Notes: generated by a model not told the origin, from the letters alone. DNA of 64,000 nt from Sphyrna mokarran (GCA_024679065.1 JAGIQG010000013.1:19096001-19160000); one strand, 5' to 3'. Shown: positions 26,201-39,809, counted from the stretch's first letter. Translations and numbers: made by a program.

Positions 26201-26936
26201 TAGGGCTAATGGTAGGATCTTAATAGTGTTGATGAACAGAGGGATCTTGGTGTATATGTGCATAGATCCCTGAAAGTAGGCAGTCAAGTCGATAAGGTTG
26301 TTAAGAAGGCATACGGAGACTTAGCTTTTATTGGTAGGGGGATTGAATTTCGGAGCCGCAACGTCATGTTGCAACTGTACAAAACTCTAGTGCGGCCGCA
26401 CTTGGAGTATTGTGTGCAGTTCTGGTCCCCACATTATAAGAAGGATGTGGAGGCATTGGAGAGGGTACAGAGGAGGTTTACCAGGATGTTGCCTGGTATG
26501 GAGGACAGGTCTTATGAGGAGAGGCTGAGGGATTTGAGGTTGTTTTCGTTAGAAAGGAGGCGGCTAAAAGGAGACCTTATCGAAACATATAAGATGATTA
26601 GAGGTTTAGATAGGGTGGACAGTGATAGCCTTTTTCCTAGGATGGAAAAAGCTAGCATGAGGAGACACAGCTTTAAATTAAGGGGTGATAGTTATAGGAC
26701 GGATATCAGAGGCAGGTTCTTTACCCAAAGGGTGGTTCGGGAGTAGAATGCCCTGCCTGCAGCGGTTGTAGATGCGCCAAGTTTGGTGTCGTTTAAGAGG
26801 TTAGTTGATAAGTATATGGAAGAGAAGGGAATGGTTTAGTTTGGAGGGTCATTGCTTTTTTCATAATTGGTTGGCGCAACATCGAAGACCGAAGGGCCTG
26901 TTCTGCGCTGTAATGTTCTATGTTCTATGTTCTATG
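23269..26936 (+). mobile_element. CR1 LINE, 5'-truncated, with part of ORF1 (esterase/SGNH-like) and disrupted ORF2 (APE endonuclease plus RT)
   Basis: ORF1 VHVGTHD..DGLHLN; ORF2 CLYFNARSIRNK, GDFN, SDHN, QHGF, FADDTK; frameshifts; (ttctatg)n tail. Confidence 0.95.
24733..24943 (-). mobile_element. Short CR1 3' end inserted in inverted orientation inside the CR1 above
   Basis: reverse complement of about 26715-26936; interrupts gaacctt|ggtgtacg, which is contiguous in the sister copy at about 29893-29908. Confidence 0.9.
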
Positions 26937-29448
26937 ATGCCTCATTAGTGCCAGGGACCCCGGTTCAATTCTGGCCTTGGGTGACTGTATGGAGTTTGCA
27001 CGTTTCCTCCGGGTGCTCGGGTTTCCTCTCATACTCCAGTGACGAGCGGGTTTGGTGGATTGGCTATGTTAATCTACCCCTTAGTGTGAACTGGATTAGC
27101 AGGGTAAATACATGGGATTATGGGGATAGGACCTGAGTGGGATTGCTTTTGGTGCAGGCTCGATGAGCCGAATGCTCCGTGGAAATGACTGCTCGCGAAA
27201 AGGGATCAGGCAGCTTGTATCCAAAATATTAGTTATTCGCAGGAAGAAGGGGAAGATGATGGAATTACCTGTACTCCCAACTTTTTGTTTCAGGCCTTAT
27301 TCTCACTTTGCAATTAAATGAACAGGTAGTCCATGTTTGAAACTGTTTGGAAATCATGAAAGTAGCATAATATAGCAGCTGTCCAGAAAATTATCCAAAC
27401 CTGACATGATGAGAATGCTTGGGAGGTCACTAGGGGTTCTGCGGCTCAGAAGAACAAAGAATGACACAGCACAGGAAACAGGCCCTTTGGCCTTACAAAC
27501 CTACGCTGCCCATTTTAAAAGGTTTGGCAATGCCTGTCCTATTACATACCAAGGTAAACTCAGCTAGCAGTCTGTGCTAAATGAATTATATGTTTCTCAG
27601 ACAGACGCTTCAATTTAAAATACTCACCTTGAAATCTCTCCATGGCCTTGCACCATCTACCTTGGTAAAATCTTCCAGCCCCATAATAATCTTTCAAAAT
27701 TCTCTCCTTCCTGTGATACTGAGCTCTCATGCATGCCTTCATTCCACATCATCTCATCAGCCCCCAGATTCTGGAATTGCCTTCCTGGACTTTTCTGCTT
27801 AGTGATCTCCCATGTGTTCTTTAAGGCCTTTTTGGTCAAGCCTTGTGACACTTGCCTTGTGGGGCGGCATGATGATACACTGCTGCCTCACAGTGCCAGG
27901 GACCTGGGTTCAATTCCTCTCTTGGGTAACTGTCTATTTGGAGTTTGCACATTCTCCCCATGTTTGTGTGGATTTCCTCCGGGTGCCTCAGTTTCCTCCC
28001 ACAGTCCAAAGATGTGCAGATTAGGTACATTGGGCATGCTAAATTCTCCCTCAATGTACTTGAACAGACGCCCAAGTGTAGCGACGAGGGGATTTTCATA
28101 GTACCTTCATTGCAGTGTTAATGTACTTGTAACTAATAAATTAACTTGAACTTCATTTTTAACCTGACATTTGTTTTTGCTTAGATTGTGCCTTGCAATA
28201 CATTTTTCTTGGTTAAAGGCTAAAATGAATACTAGAAACAGTTTGTCGAGGGTTCATGCTTACTAATTGTTGCTAATGGACCTGCAAACTCAATAGAGCT
28301 TATGAAAATTTGCTTCATTGTCTTTTGCTCTTCAAAGGCTTAAAACAATATGCATAATGGAGTTGATAAAAATGAGATATCTTGTTAGCTGGAATTGTGC
28401 TTCATAGAGCTAGAAACGAATTAAATTGAAAGCAGTCACAAGAAGATATCACTCCACCTGTTCTGCAAACCTGTTTGTATTTTGTTTGGATGTATTAACA
28501 AAGACTGTATAAAATTGCCCTTACTAACTAAAGCAATATGGATTTCCTGTTTTCCAGTGTTTTCACTTCCTAACCCACTAATTTCCAATTTACCTAATAG
28601 CATAATCTGGCAGTAAATGTTGTGAAAACCTTGAATCATAGAATTTCTCCAGTAGACAAAGAGGCCATTCAGCTCATTGAGTCTGCACTGACCACAATCT
28701 CACCCAGGCCCTACCCCCATATCCGTACATATTTACCTACTAATACCTCTAACCTACACATCTCAGGACACTAAGGGCAATTTTAGCATGGCCAGTCAAC
28801 TTAACCCGCACATCTTTGGACTGTGGGAGGAAACTGGAGCACCCAGGGGGAATCCACACAGACACAAGAAGAATGTGCACAGACAGTGACTCAAGCTAGC
28901 AATTGATCCCAAGTCCCTGGAGCTGCGGAGCTATCGTGCTGGACCCGCTGGTCTGATTTGGTATTCAGATCTTAAATTGAGTGCAATCAAATTGTGAAAA
29001 GACCAGCAGTTGCAGAATCTACCAAGATACTGTCCACTAACAGAACATGGGAAGAAGTTGCGGGAGTCTCCAATCTTTCCTCCCTCTCCAAGCCTGACCA
29101 TGGATTCCCTTTCCACTGATAAATGTTGCTTCATTGTTCTCCTTTCTGTGAATTTGTTGGGTGATATTCTTAGTTTGATTCTGGTACTTCTACTTGCAGA
29201 AAGGAGAGTGAAATAGCTCAATTCCCTCCAATATTCTTTGCTAACTTACTTGGAATATGACATTGGAAACAGAGAATGGGGAATCTGAGATATCTCTATC
29301 GACAGACGTTCTGTTATGTTGGTTGCTATATAATTCCAAACTAGTGTTGAAGTAGATAAATATCACATACAATGGAAGGAAATACCAATGAAGTTATGAA
29401 AACTGAAACAGCATCAGAACAAATTGCTAAATGCTCCCTCAGTATACC

Positions 29449-31893
29449 TATTGGGGACTTTAACTTTACTAATATTGATTGGAATAGCTATAGCTCTAGC
29501 TCGTTAGAGGGGTCAGTTTTTGTACAAAGTGTGCAGGAAGGTTTTTTGACTCAGTATGTAGATAGGCCAACTAGAGGTGAGGCTACATTGGATTTGGTGC
29601 TGGGAAATGAGCCAGACCAGGTGTTAGGCTTGGAAGTTAGTGAACATTTTGGTGATAGTGACCACAATTCGGTTACGTTCACCTTAGTGATGGATAGGGA
29701 TAGGCATGAAGCTGGGGGCAGTAGTTATAGCTGGGGGAAGGGTAATTATGAGGCCATCAGGAGAGAAGTAGGGTGCATAGATTGGACTAGGAAACTACAG
29801 GGACTGGGAACATCTGGAATGTGGAGCTTATTCAAGGAGCAGCTGCTGCGAGTCCTTGATAAGTATGTCCCTGTCAGGCAAGGAGGAAATGGTCGAGTAA
29901 TAGAACCTTGGTGTACGAAAAAAGTTGATTTGCTGGTTAAAAGGAAAAAGGAGGCTTATGTCAGGATGAGGCTTGAAGGCTCGGTTAGTGCAATGGGTAG
30001 CTATAGATTAGCCAGGAGGGAGCTAAAGAGTGAATTGAGGAGAGCTAAGAGAGGGCACGAGAAGACTTTGGCTGATAGGATTAAGGAGAATCCTAAAGCT
30101 TTCTTTAGATATGTTAAGAATAGAAGATTGGTTAGGACAAGATTAGGGCCAGTCATCGACAGCAGTGGGAAGTTGTGCGTGGAGCCTGAAGAGATTGGAG
30201 AGGTACTGAATAAATATTTCTCTTCGGTATTCACGCAGGGTGATGTAAATGTAATTATGGAGAACACTGAGGTACAGGGTAGCAAACTGGAAGGTATCGA
30301 AGTAGATAGGGAGGATGTGCTAGATATTCTCGAGGTTTGAAGTTGGATAAGTCCCCTGGGCCGGACGGGATTTACCCTAGGATTCTCTGGGATGCAAGAG
30401 AGGAGATTGCAGAGCCTCTGGCTCTGATCTTCAGGTCGTCGTTGGTTACGGGTGTGGTTCCGGAGGACTGGAGGATAGCGAATGTGGTCCCATTGTTCAA
30501 GAAGGGGAAGAGAGACCTTCCAGGGAATGATAGGCCAGTGAGTCTTACTTCTGTTGTGGGCAAAGTATTGGAGAGAATTATTAGGGATAGGATTTATAGT
30601 TATTTAGAGAGAAATGAATTGATTGGGATAGTCAGCATGGTTTTGTGAAGGGTAGGTCGTGCCTTACTAACCTCATTGAGTTTTTTTGAAAAAGTGACTA
30701 AAGAGGTGGATGGGGGTAAGGCGGTTGATGTGGTATATATGGACTTTAGTAAGGCGTTTGATAAGGTGGCCCATGAAGACTTCTGCAGAAAATGCAGATG
30801 TATGGGATAGAGGGTGATTTAGCTAATTGGGTTAGGAATTGGCTAGCAGATAGAAGACAGAAGGTGGTGGTTGATGGGAGATATTCATCGTGGAGTTCGG
30901 TGACAAGTGGTATACCTCAGGGGTCTGTTTTGGGGCCCCTGCTGTTTGTAATTTTTATAAATGATCTGGATGAGGGTATTGAAGGATGGATTAGTAAATT
31001 TGCAGATGCCACTAAAGTCGGTGGAGTGGTAGATAGTGAAGAGGGGTGTTATAGTTTGCAGAGAGACTTGGACAAGTTGCACAGCTGGGCCGAGAGGTGG
31101 CAAATGGAGTTTAATGTGGAAAAGTGTGAGGTAATGCACTTTGGCAGGAATAATAAATGTGTAGAGTATAGGGCTAATGGTATGATTCTTAATAGTGTTG
31201 ATGAACAGAGGGATCTTGGTGTATTTGTGCATAGATCCCTGAAAGTAGGCAGTCAAGTCGATAAGGTTGTTAAGAAGGCATATGGAGTCTTCGCTTTTAT
31301 TGGTAGGGGGATTGAATTTCGGAGCCGCAACGTCATGTTGCAACTGTACAAAACTCTAGTGCGGCCGCACTTGGAGTATTGTGTGCAGTTCTGGTCCCCT
31401 CATTATAAGAAAGATGTGGAGGCATTGGAGAGGGTACAGAGGAGGTTTACCAGGATGTTGCCTGGTATGGAGGCAGGTCTTATGAAGAGAGGCTGAGGGA
31501 TTTGAGGTTGTTTTCGTTAGAAAGGAGGCGGCTAAGAGGGGACCTTATCGAAACATATAAGATGATTAGCGGTTTAGATAGGGTGGACAGTGATAGCCTT
31601 TTTCCTAGGATGGAGAAAGCTAGCACGAGGGGACACAGCTTTAAATTAAGGGGTGATATTTATAGGACGGATATCAGAGGTAGGTTCTTTACCCAAAGGG
31701 TGGTTAGGGAGTGGAATGCCCTGCCTGCGGCAGTTGTAGATGCTCCAAGTTTGGTGGCGTTTAAGAGGTTAGTTGATAAGTATATGGAAGAGAAGGGAAT
31801 GGTTTAGTTTGGAGGGACATTGCTTTTTATATTGGTTGGCGCAACATCGAGGGCCGAAGGGCCTGTTCTATGCTGTAATGTTTTATGTTCTAT
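29449..31893 (+). mobile_element. CR1 LINE, 5'-truncated sister copy of the same young subfamily
   Basis: near-identical to 24272-26936; RT motif mutated to FADATK; frameshifts; same 3' UTR and tail. Confidence 0.95.
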
Positions 31894-32183
31894 TTAAACA
31901 GATGCTGGATTGTGGCAACTAGAGGATTTTCACGGTAACTTCATTGCAGCATTAATGTAAGCTTGCTTGTGACACTAATTAATAAACTTTAATAGCTTCT
32001 GGATGTCCCCACTCAAAACTGTCCACACTCTGGTCTAGAGTTATGAGGATAGCAGCTTTAAGAAAGTATATTTATTTTACATTGAACAATTCAATGTAAA
32101 ACACTGATGCCTTATTTATATCCAAGGTTAAAGAATAAGTTAATCAAATTTTAACGTGTAGCTAAAAATTATTGACAGCTTAC

Positions 32184-32492
32184 CTGTTAGAGTGTAAGTG
32201 AACATTTGTGTCATATTTCTGGTTGTGACTTCACAGATATATTCTCCTGCATCTTCTAAAGTTATATGTTGCAGTATAAGGGATGAATGCATCTGGTTGA
32301 TTAACATGACTGGTTGGCTCTCCTGACAACTTGAGATTATATTTCCATTTTGATGCATTGATTCACATTTCATCACCAATTGAGAACTTTCTGTTTTTCT
32401 AAACTTCCAAATAATTTTCAACCCCTGATCGTCATTGGTGAACTCGCTGCAGATCATGGCAACTTTTTGATCCTCTGTTTCATTTAACCGCT
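32184..32492 (-). CDS. HHLA2: HHLA2 membrane-proximal IgV domain 2 exon
   Basis: tctttcag acceptor, GTAAGC donor; 309 nt, phase 1-1; AMIC..IIWKF..SSLILQHITLEDAGEYICEV; V-C-V architecture is characteristic of HHLA2 among B7 proteins. Confidence 0.88.
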
Positions 32493-32811
32493 CTGAAAGA
32501 AAAACCAAAATATTTAATGTGTAACGTAAAACATTATTTTACTTTCCCACTTTGTGTACTCAAGTGGCAATGGGTGGCACAGTGGTTAGCACTGCTGCCT
32601 CATAACCCCAGGGGCCCCGCTTGAAATTTGAGTCCCAGCTTGGGTCACTGTCTGTGTAGAGTTTGCATGTTCACCCCGTGTCTGCCTGGGTTTCCTCCGG
32701 GTGCTCTGATTTCCTCCCATAGTCGAAAGATGTGCTGTTTAGGTGGATTCACCATGATAAATTATCTCTCAGTGTATCTGAACAGGCACCAGAGTGTAGT
32801 GACCAGGCGAT

Positions 32812-33231
32812 TGTAATGACTCCAGCCGGGCTATTAAGGTTGGCTTGCAAGAGTATGAAGTGCCTGATAAGTCCTGCCTTCCACATCCACTGGGCACTGC
32901 AGGGACTGGGGTGCGTTATAGACTCCGAACACCACATTATGATTTAATGTTTTAAGTTTCCTTTGGACTTTGGTTTCTGTTCGGGCCGTCCCTCTTAATT
33001 TGTCCCTAAGTTTAATTTGAGCTCGTTTACTCGTTGGGCCGTTAAAAGACATACCTGATGAGCCCGAATTGATGGTTAAATCAGGGAGCCTCATGCTCCC
33101 TATTTAAAGCAGGTGTGTCAAACTCCCAGCCTGCATTCAGCAGGGAACAACTGGAGAGCTGGCTGTGTACAGATGTTGGTGTAAATAAAATAACTTGGTG
33201 ACAGGACTTTCCCCACCGTGGAGTTATTACA
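32812..33231 (+). mobile_element. Solo LTR (420 bp) inserted in a V-SINE
   Basis: TGTAATGACTCCA...TGGAGTTATTACA inverted termini; gcgat/gggat near-TSD; TATTTAAA at 33101-33108 and AATAAA at 33184-33189. Confidence 0.78.
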
Positions 33232-35206
33232 GGGATTTTCACAGTAACTTCATTGCAGTGTGAATATAAGCCTACTTGTGACAATGATAAATAAACTTTA
33301 ATTTAGGGAGCCCATTGTAAAATGGTTGTACTTATTTGTGCTGTAACACTAGGGGGAGCACTTCCTGCATATGGCGTAGGTGTAATTATAGTGATATAGA
33401 TCTTGATCTTGCATCTATTGCATGTTGCACCCTAAAGGAATGCCTGAAATTAAAGAGGATAGCAAGCCATCATAGTAACAGATGAAAATGGTAATAAGGA
33501 AGTAGCACCAGTGCCAGTAGCAATAACTAGTTCTCCAACTGGATGCTAAATGCAGATGTCTTCCAATGATTTGTTGGCTGTGTTGCCAAGCAAAACTGGT
33601 CCTTGTGCCTTTGCAGTCAGCAGCAGGGGTTATAATGTTGTAAAATATACAAGAAACAAGGATCCATTCTCTATGTATGTGAAGGTATGGCAGGTTGGCA
33701 TGGTGGCACAGTGGTTAACGCTGCTGCCTCACTGAATCTCTTGAATCTTCTATGATCTTGGCCATTTGTTAAAAAAAGGTTTTGCAAGCTGAGGTCCTGC
33801 AAATTGCAAATGCAGCTGGTTGCTTTAAGATAGGTGAAAAGTCTCCATTAGCTTAAAAGCTGTGATTAACTGCATCTTGTTTGAAACAACCTGTGCTGAT
33901 ATCAGTACATATTCCCTTATTCTGAACTGTTACCTTGGCCTTGTAAGTAACAAAACTCTTGCTTTATTAAATCAGTCTAAATTGGACTTGGCTAAATGCT
34001 GTCCTTGCTTGAAGGAGATAACATTCACTTTATGGGCAAAGTAACATCCCAAGATATATATGAGAATGGTTGCTATCTCACAGTGGAGCAATAGTGAACG
34101 TGCAGTTTCGATGGCAACTGGTGGTGTAGGTTTTCGACGTCTTTTTACTTGTGTACTGTATTTGTATTTACTTCTGCTGTTTCTAAGCACATGATCTGGG
34201 TGAAGTTATATTGTGTGTATGTGACTAATTGCTGTAAGAAGAGTGTAAAGGGGGAGATCCACCCGTTTGAGAGAGTATCACTTGGCTAAGTTCAGAGCAC
34301 TGTTCTGAGTTAGTAAAACAATCCTCAGAGAGCTTATACTTGCTTGAGAATGAAGGACTTTCTTATATAGATCAGTGTCTTGTTCTTGCATCAGGTACAT
34401 AAGAGTCTTTGAAAAACGAATTTGACATCACCTGCCTTCAATTCTGGCTTTATTGTCTGTGTGGTGTTTGCGGGTTCTCCCTGTGTCTGCGTGAGTTTCC
34501 TCCAAATGCTCTGGTTTCCTCCCACAGTCTAAAGGTGTTCTGATTAGGCGGATGAACCTTGGTATATGCCTGAAGTTACGATGATGGGGAAGAGGTGAGG
34601 AGGGAGTGGGGGAGATGGGCCTAGTTCAGATGCCCTTTTGGAGAGTTGGCGCAAATCCGATGGGCTGAATGATCTCCTTGTGCGCTGTAGAAATTCTACG
34701 GTTCCTTTGAAAATTCATAAAAATACCTGATAGCACTATAGGAACAATGAGAGCCCCCTATGTTCAGAGTGATATTATTGCCGCAGGAATCTTAGGAAGG
34801 ATGTGTTATTTATTTCTCTATCTGTGTAATGAAGAAAGCATTATAGGAATTGGAAAATAGCATTAATACCCAGCAACAATGTTTTGGTGGTAGTGATTGC
34901 AACATTGAATGACAATAAAGGACATCCCGAGATACAGCAAGGTAGAAGCCAGCAACATCAGATCATTTTGATACACCGAGCCAACTATATGCATTCCTTT
35001 TTTTATCCATGTGTTCCTTTGTTGCCTCTACACCTTATCATGGGTATCTGAGACACTGTGCACTGCACTGCCAGCGTCTGTGCCCTGATCAGTACCATCT
35101 CTTTCAATGAAAGGCTGCAGAGAACAAACAATTGCCAGCTTCTTGCAAAATTAGATCTGCACACACACACACCTACCCTGCCGTAGTGTTATAAAGGGAG
35201 ACCTTG

Positions 35207-35943
35207 GGTAGAATTCTATGTCCTCAGATTGGGCGCGATGTCCTCACCGACTCGTGTGATATTTCGCTAGGTGCGCACGTGCCCAGCCACAAATAAAGAG
35301 CTGACTTAAGGGGATCTGAAATCCCAATTAGCTGAATTTTACATTGGCCCTGTATGACTTTAAGCTCATCGTATGGACAAAATGGGAAGGTAGCCCAACC
35401 AGATTTGATGATGTTTAAGCAAGTATGGGAGGAAAGGTCCTTGCTGGCTGAGCAGCTGGGCCTTTGTAAGGGTGGGGTGGTGTTCTGAAGAGCTGACAGA
35501 GTGGTGTCCAGAGAAGATTTCTGTCCCCTGCCAACTGCATCCATGTCCTTTGGGTTAGGTGGGCTGGCCACTTTCCTCCCACCCCACAGCCTGCAGCAGT
35601 GCCCACAGGCAGTCACTTGAAAAACAGGCACCCGATGGATGGCTAAACTCCCCTCCCACCTGGTATAGCTTTCTCCTGTCACCACAGCTGTGATTGGCAC
35701 TCATTTGCAGCCTTTGGAGGCCTCTTTTAAAGTTTGTGACATGTCATCATGGGACATGATGCCCACTGTGCACCTACCCCCACTATCCTGCTCTGCCAAT
35801 GTGAATATGATTAGTGCCAACTGCCACTCAAATGGCAGCCAACATAATAGTGCGATTTTTAATTACTTCTGGGCAGAATCAGGATTTGAGGTTGCTTCAG
35901 TTTCCATCTGCCAATCGTGCAGCAGTGAGTTAAATTCTACACC
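35207..35943. repeat. GC-rich non-autonomous TIR-type element; similar decayed GC-rich elements at about 2297-2447, 3280-3611, 38450-39397, 40660-41320, 48000-48198, 53700-54320, 55390-55900
   Basis: gggtagaattct ... taaattctacac termini; shared ggcagtgcc/ggcactgcc motifs among several copies; no coherent ORF. Confidence 0.45.
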
Positions 35944-37514
35944 ACGCTACTAATGGCAGCTGGTCAGTGTATGATTTTGCTTTTAAAAGTGAAGGCAGCA
36001 GATAATGGGTGGGAGGGAGGATGTAACACAAATGCTTCAGCCACGTTCTATTCTCTGACACCCCAATTCAAGATGGAACTTCCATGAGGCAGCGCAGGCC
36101 CAACTGTATGATTTGCAAAGTACTTAAAAGACTAAACAGCAAGTGGTGCAAGCATAGCAAACAGCACCAAAACACTGAAATCACACAACACAGAGAAACT
36201 ATATTTTAGGTAATTTTAGGTGTAACAGATGCTTTGATGTGCCAAGGACAGAATTTTAACCAAAATCACCAGTTGGGCAAATGACAGAATCGAACATAAA
36301 GTGAGTTTTATATCTCATCAGATTTGATTCTATTGATGGCAGTGGATACTAACGTTGCCTGGAATCTCTACCCAGTTGATCCTGTTAGATCCTCACCAAG
36401 CAACTTATGATAAAATTGTCACCAGTTTATGCGGCTTTGCCCCTGCTGAATACGCAGCTAGAATTGCACAAGAGGCACCAAAAGTGGGATGGGGGATGGG
36501 GTGGGTGTGGGGGGGTGGTGTCTGAGGGCGAAGAGTGGAATCAGTAACCAGGGGCCTCATTTTCTCTTCTCACATCTGAAATTAAGTGTCCCCATGGTGG
36601 AATTATCCCGATGGGTGAGATTTTCCACTCTGTGTTCTTAAAGTGGAAGGATTGAAAAGCATCTGAACCAGCATGCGCAGCAGTGGAAAATCCCAACTGG
36701 AATCTCCTGATTGTTTTGACACCGGCTTTTTCTCATAGGATCATGATGGCCCTTCACAATGGTGGCTGGAGCATCGTGTAAACTGGTAATTGTTGATTCA
36801 AGTCAGTGCCTTGGTCCCTCGTCTGACTCAATTTATTTTTGACTTGTGACTTGAACAAAAATGATTTGTGTCTTGACTTGAGGAGGAGGGGGGCAGGAGG
36901 CAGCATGGAATTGACTTGGTTACAGCTTTACTAACTGACTAGCCATCGTGGGTAACATAATGCAAAAATACAACAAAGCGATTTGTTTCAAATTTGATCC
37001 CAGGAGCATAGAAAAAAAAAGTATCCTAGCAGTTCACTTAATTTGACAAAGAGGAAAATGTGAGCCATAGAAAATGCTGCAACTACAATTACTGTTGAAT
37101 TCAATATCTACAATTTAGATATTGAATTCAAGTATTGAAGAAATTCTGCAATATTTTACATAGTAGTAAACCCTAATGGGTGGCGTGGTGGCACACTGTT
37201 CAAGTGTGAACCCTGGTTCAATTCCTGGCTTGGGCTACTGTCTGAGTGGAGTTTGTACATTCTCCCCTTGTCTGTGGGTTTCCTCCAGGTGCTCCTGTTT
37301 CCTCCCATTGCCTGGAAGGTTAGGTGCTGGTTATGCATTGACCATACTGAATTACCCCTCAGTGTACCTGAATTGGCGTTGGAGTATGGTGACTAGGGCA
37401 TTTTCACAGTAACATCATTGCAGTCTTAATGTAAGCTGTCTTACGAGTAATAAATAAACTTTAACAACTGTAATATTTGGGAGGTTTCTTTAAGGATTAT
37501 TCATCAGTTGTTAC

Positions 37515-37808
37515 CTTGCATTTTCCAGATTGCAGTCCATGACTTCTGCAATCGTTCATTCTTAATATTGCATTTGTAGGTTTTATTTGACAGCCGATCA
37601 ATTTTCAAAATGCTTTTAATATTGTGTAATCCTTCTGCATCAATAGAGTCTTCTGAACTTGCTTGATTAGTTAACTTATTCCCATTTTCATCTTGCCATT
37701 GTAATGATGGTTTTGGATAGGCCCCAGAAACAGAGCAGATAATATTTACTCTGCTATTTCCAGCCGTTAGCATATTTGGGGAATCCAGTTTTACGTTCTT
37801 CCATTCAG
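37515..37808 (-). CDS. HHLA2: HHLA2 IgC domain exon
   Basis: ttcttcccag acceptor, GTAACA donor; 294 nt, phase 1-1; IICSVSGAYPKPSLQW..YKCNIKNERLQKSWTAIWKMQ (B7 IgC; the WTxxW end resembles HHLA2). Confidence 0.9.
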
Positions 37809-39482
37809 CTGGGAAGAAATAATAATCCATTATTTAGACAGCTTAGACTCTCAGATATTATTATTCAGCTGCACATGTAATATTGACAATCAAAAGCAGA
37901 AGAAATGTAAAACTGTCTGCTGATTCACTATCAGATACTTTAAACTATTGCACAAAGCTAAAATCCTCCACTTCTGAATAAGTATTAATGTATGACTTAA
38001 TATTATATTTATCATAATATTATATTTATCATAAAATTCATTTCAGTGTTAATGTAAACTTACTTGTGACTAATAAATAAACTTTAACTTTAGATTTCCT
38101 CTCACTCATTCTCAGGTTTGTTCTTTAAAGGTTTTGCATTATGTTGACAGCCCCATGTGTCAGCACAGCCTTGACAATATCCTGAATTTCATATCCATAA
38201 ATGATATGCATTGCTTTGGGATGTTTCATCCTAGTCAGTGCTGAATTAAACAGCATCCTTTGAAGTTTTATATCTGTGTTTGTCCTTCTGCATGTGAGGG
38301 TATTTTTGGGGTATGGGTTAAAGGCAGAGTGATGAAGTTGAGGTACAGATCAGGAATGAAAGACATTACCAGCCTTCATCTCTTCCTATCTTTCTATGTA
38401 CATTTTTTAAAAATTTATTTTATTTTGAGATTATATTATGAACATGGTTTCTTACTCCAGGTCTTACAACCTCGTCCCACCCGACTTTTGGCGAGGTGAG
38501 GTGGTAAGATTGGGAGAGAGGCAAAAAATGAGAAATGCATCTGGTTTCTTTCTCCACTCATCACACAGGTCCTGTTTAGCTAAAGAAATTAGCTTCATGT
38601 CCTGGAATGGTGCGAAGCCGATTTAAATGTTAATGACAAGCTTGGTTATCATCCGGACTCAGTCAGCTTAACCGCCTCACCGCTCGAGGCTCCCCCCACC
38701 CTGTCCCAGCGAGAATCACAGATGATCTTCACCAGCAGAGACCAGTCATGATGGTCTCACTGGAAGGATTGGATGTCAATGAAGTCCTCCAGGTTGTCAG
38801 GGTAAGAGCAGGGCAGTGCCCATGGGGCATGGAAGTGCCTGCCTGGCATCCTGGCACCTTGGCAGTGCCAACTGGACAGCCTGGCACTGCCCGCTGGGTA
38901 CCATAACTGTGTTGGGGTGGCGATCAGGGTGGGAGGGAGGTAACTTTGCAGATGGGCACGATCAGCTGAGAGAAGAATGGGTATTCTGCAAATGAGGATC
39001 ATTGATGTGGATGGGTGGTGATATCTGTGTGGTGGGTGAGGGGGTTTAATCAGCACAGGGGATGATTGATGGCGTGGATGGGGAAGGTCCGATGTCTGTT
39101 GAGGGGTAGACTGGCATGAGGCAATTGGCGTGGGGTGGCACCCGATGTCCATGGGGCAGGTGGGGGGGAAGGGGGTAGGAGATCTCTGGAGGATCTGGGC
39201 AATGGCGCTCAAAGACCTCAGCATCCGGTTTTCCCTGTGAGCTCAGGCCCCACTCTCCCCTTGCTGGCGAGAATCACACCATGGCACTTTTTTTATGCTT
39301 AGTGTGCGACTCATAGCTTGCCCAAAAAAACCAGTGCGATTCTCTCCTGTTTTCACATTCGTTTGGCAGTTAGATTTTCTTTTGTAAGGTCACGCCTTTA
39401 GAGTTTTCACATTCTATTAATTTCTAATCAAAACACAGCTCATAGAAAATACATTTTCAATGGAAAATGGCACATATCTGAC

Positions 39483-39809
39483 CTGCCACTTGTAGCGAGG
39501 TAACCAATTCAAATTTTCCTTCTGACGTACTGACGTAACATTGGTACTGTCCTTCATCATCCTTATTAACTCCTGTAAGCAGAAGGGATGCATTGCCATT
39601 CGTTATTTTATCGATAAAAATCTTTGTCCTTCCTTCGTATCTTTTTGGTTGCTTGGATAGCTGATCTGTCTCTCGATAAAAGCTGTGAACGACAATGGTC
39701 TCTGTAGGCAAATCACGTGTCCAGTGAAGCACTATCTCAGATAAAGGTGCTGGTTGAAATTTACACGGCAAAACAACATCCTTGGAAATGATGCCTGTAA
39801 TGCTCGCAT
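39483..39809 (-). CDS. HHLA2: HHLA2 IgV domain 1 exon
   Basis: ccttttag acceptor, GTCAGA donor; 327 nt, phase 1-1; DVVLPC..IVLHW..VHSFY..RYEGRT..NGNASLLL..DEGQYQCYV is a typical B7-family IgV. Confidence 0.9.

Noticed and set aside
23323-26746. Possibly active CR1
   Set aside because: 5'-truncated, with several frameshifts, a premature stop and an internal inverted insertion
29372-30340. 322-aa ORF, the longest in the window
   Set aside because: Chance fusion of 26 codons of flank and SINE to CR1 ORF2; frameshifts follow and the RT motif is mutated, so not a host gene
37998-38034. 17-bp tandem duplication (aatattatatttatcat x2)
   Set aside because: Ordinary slippage in an AT-rich intron
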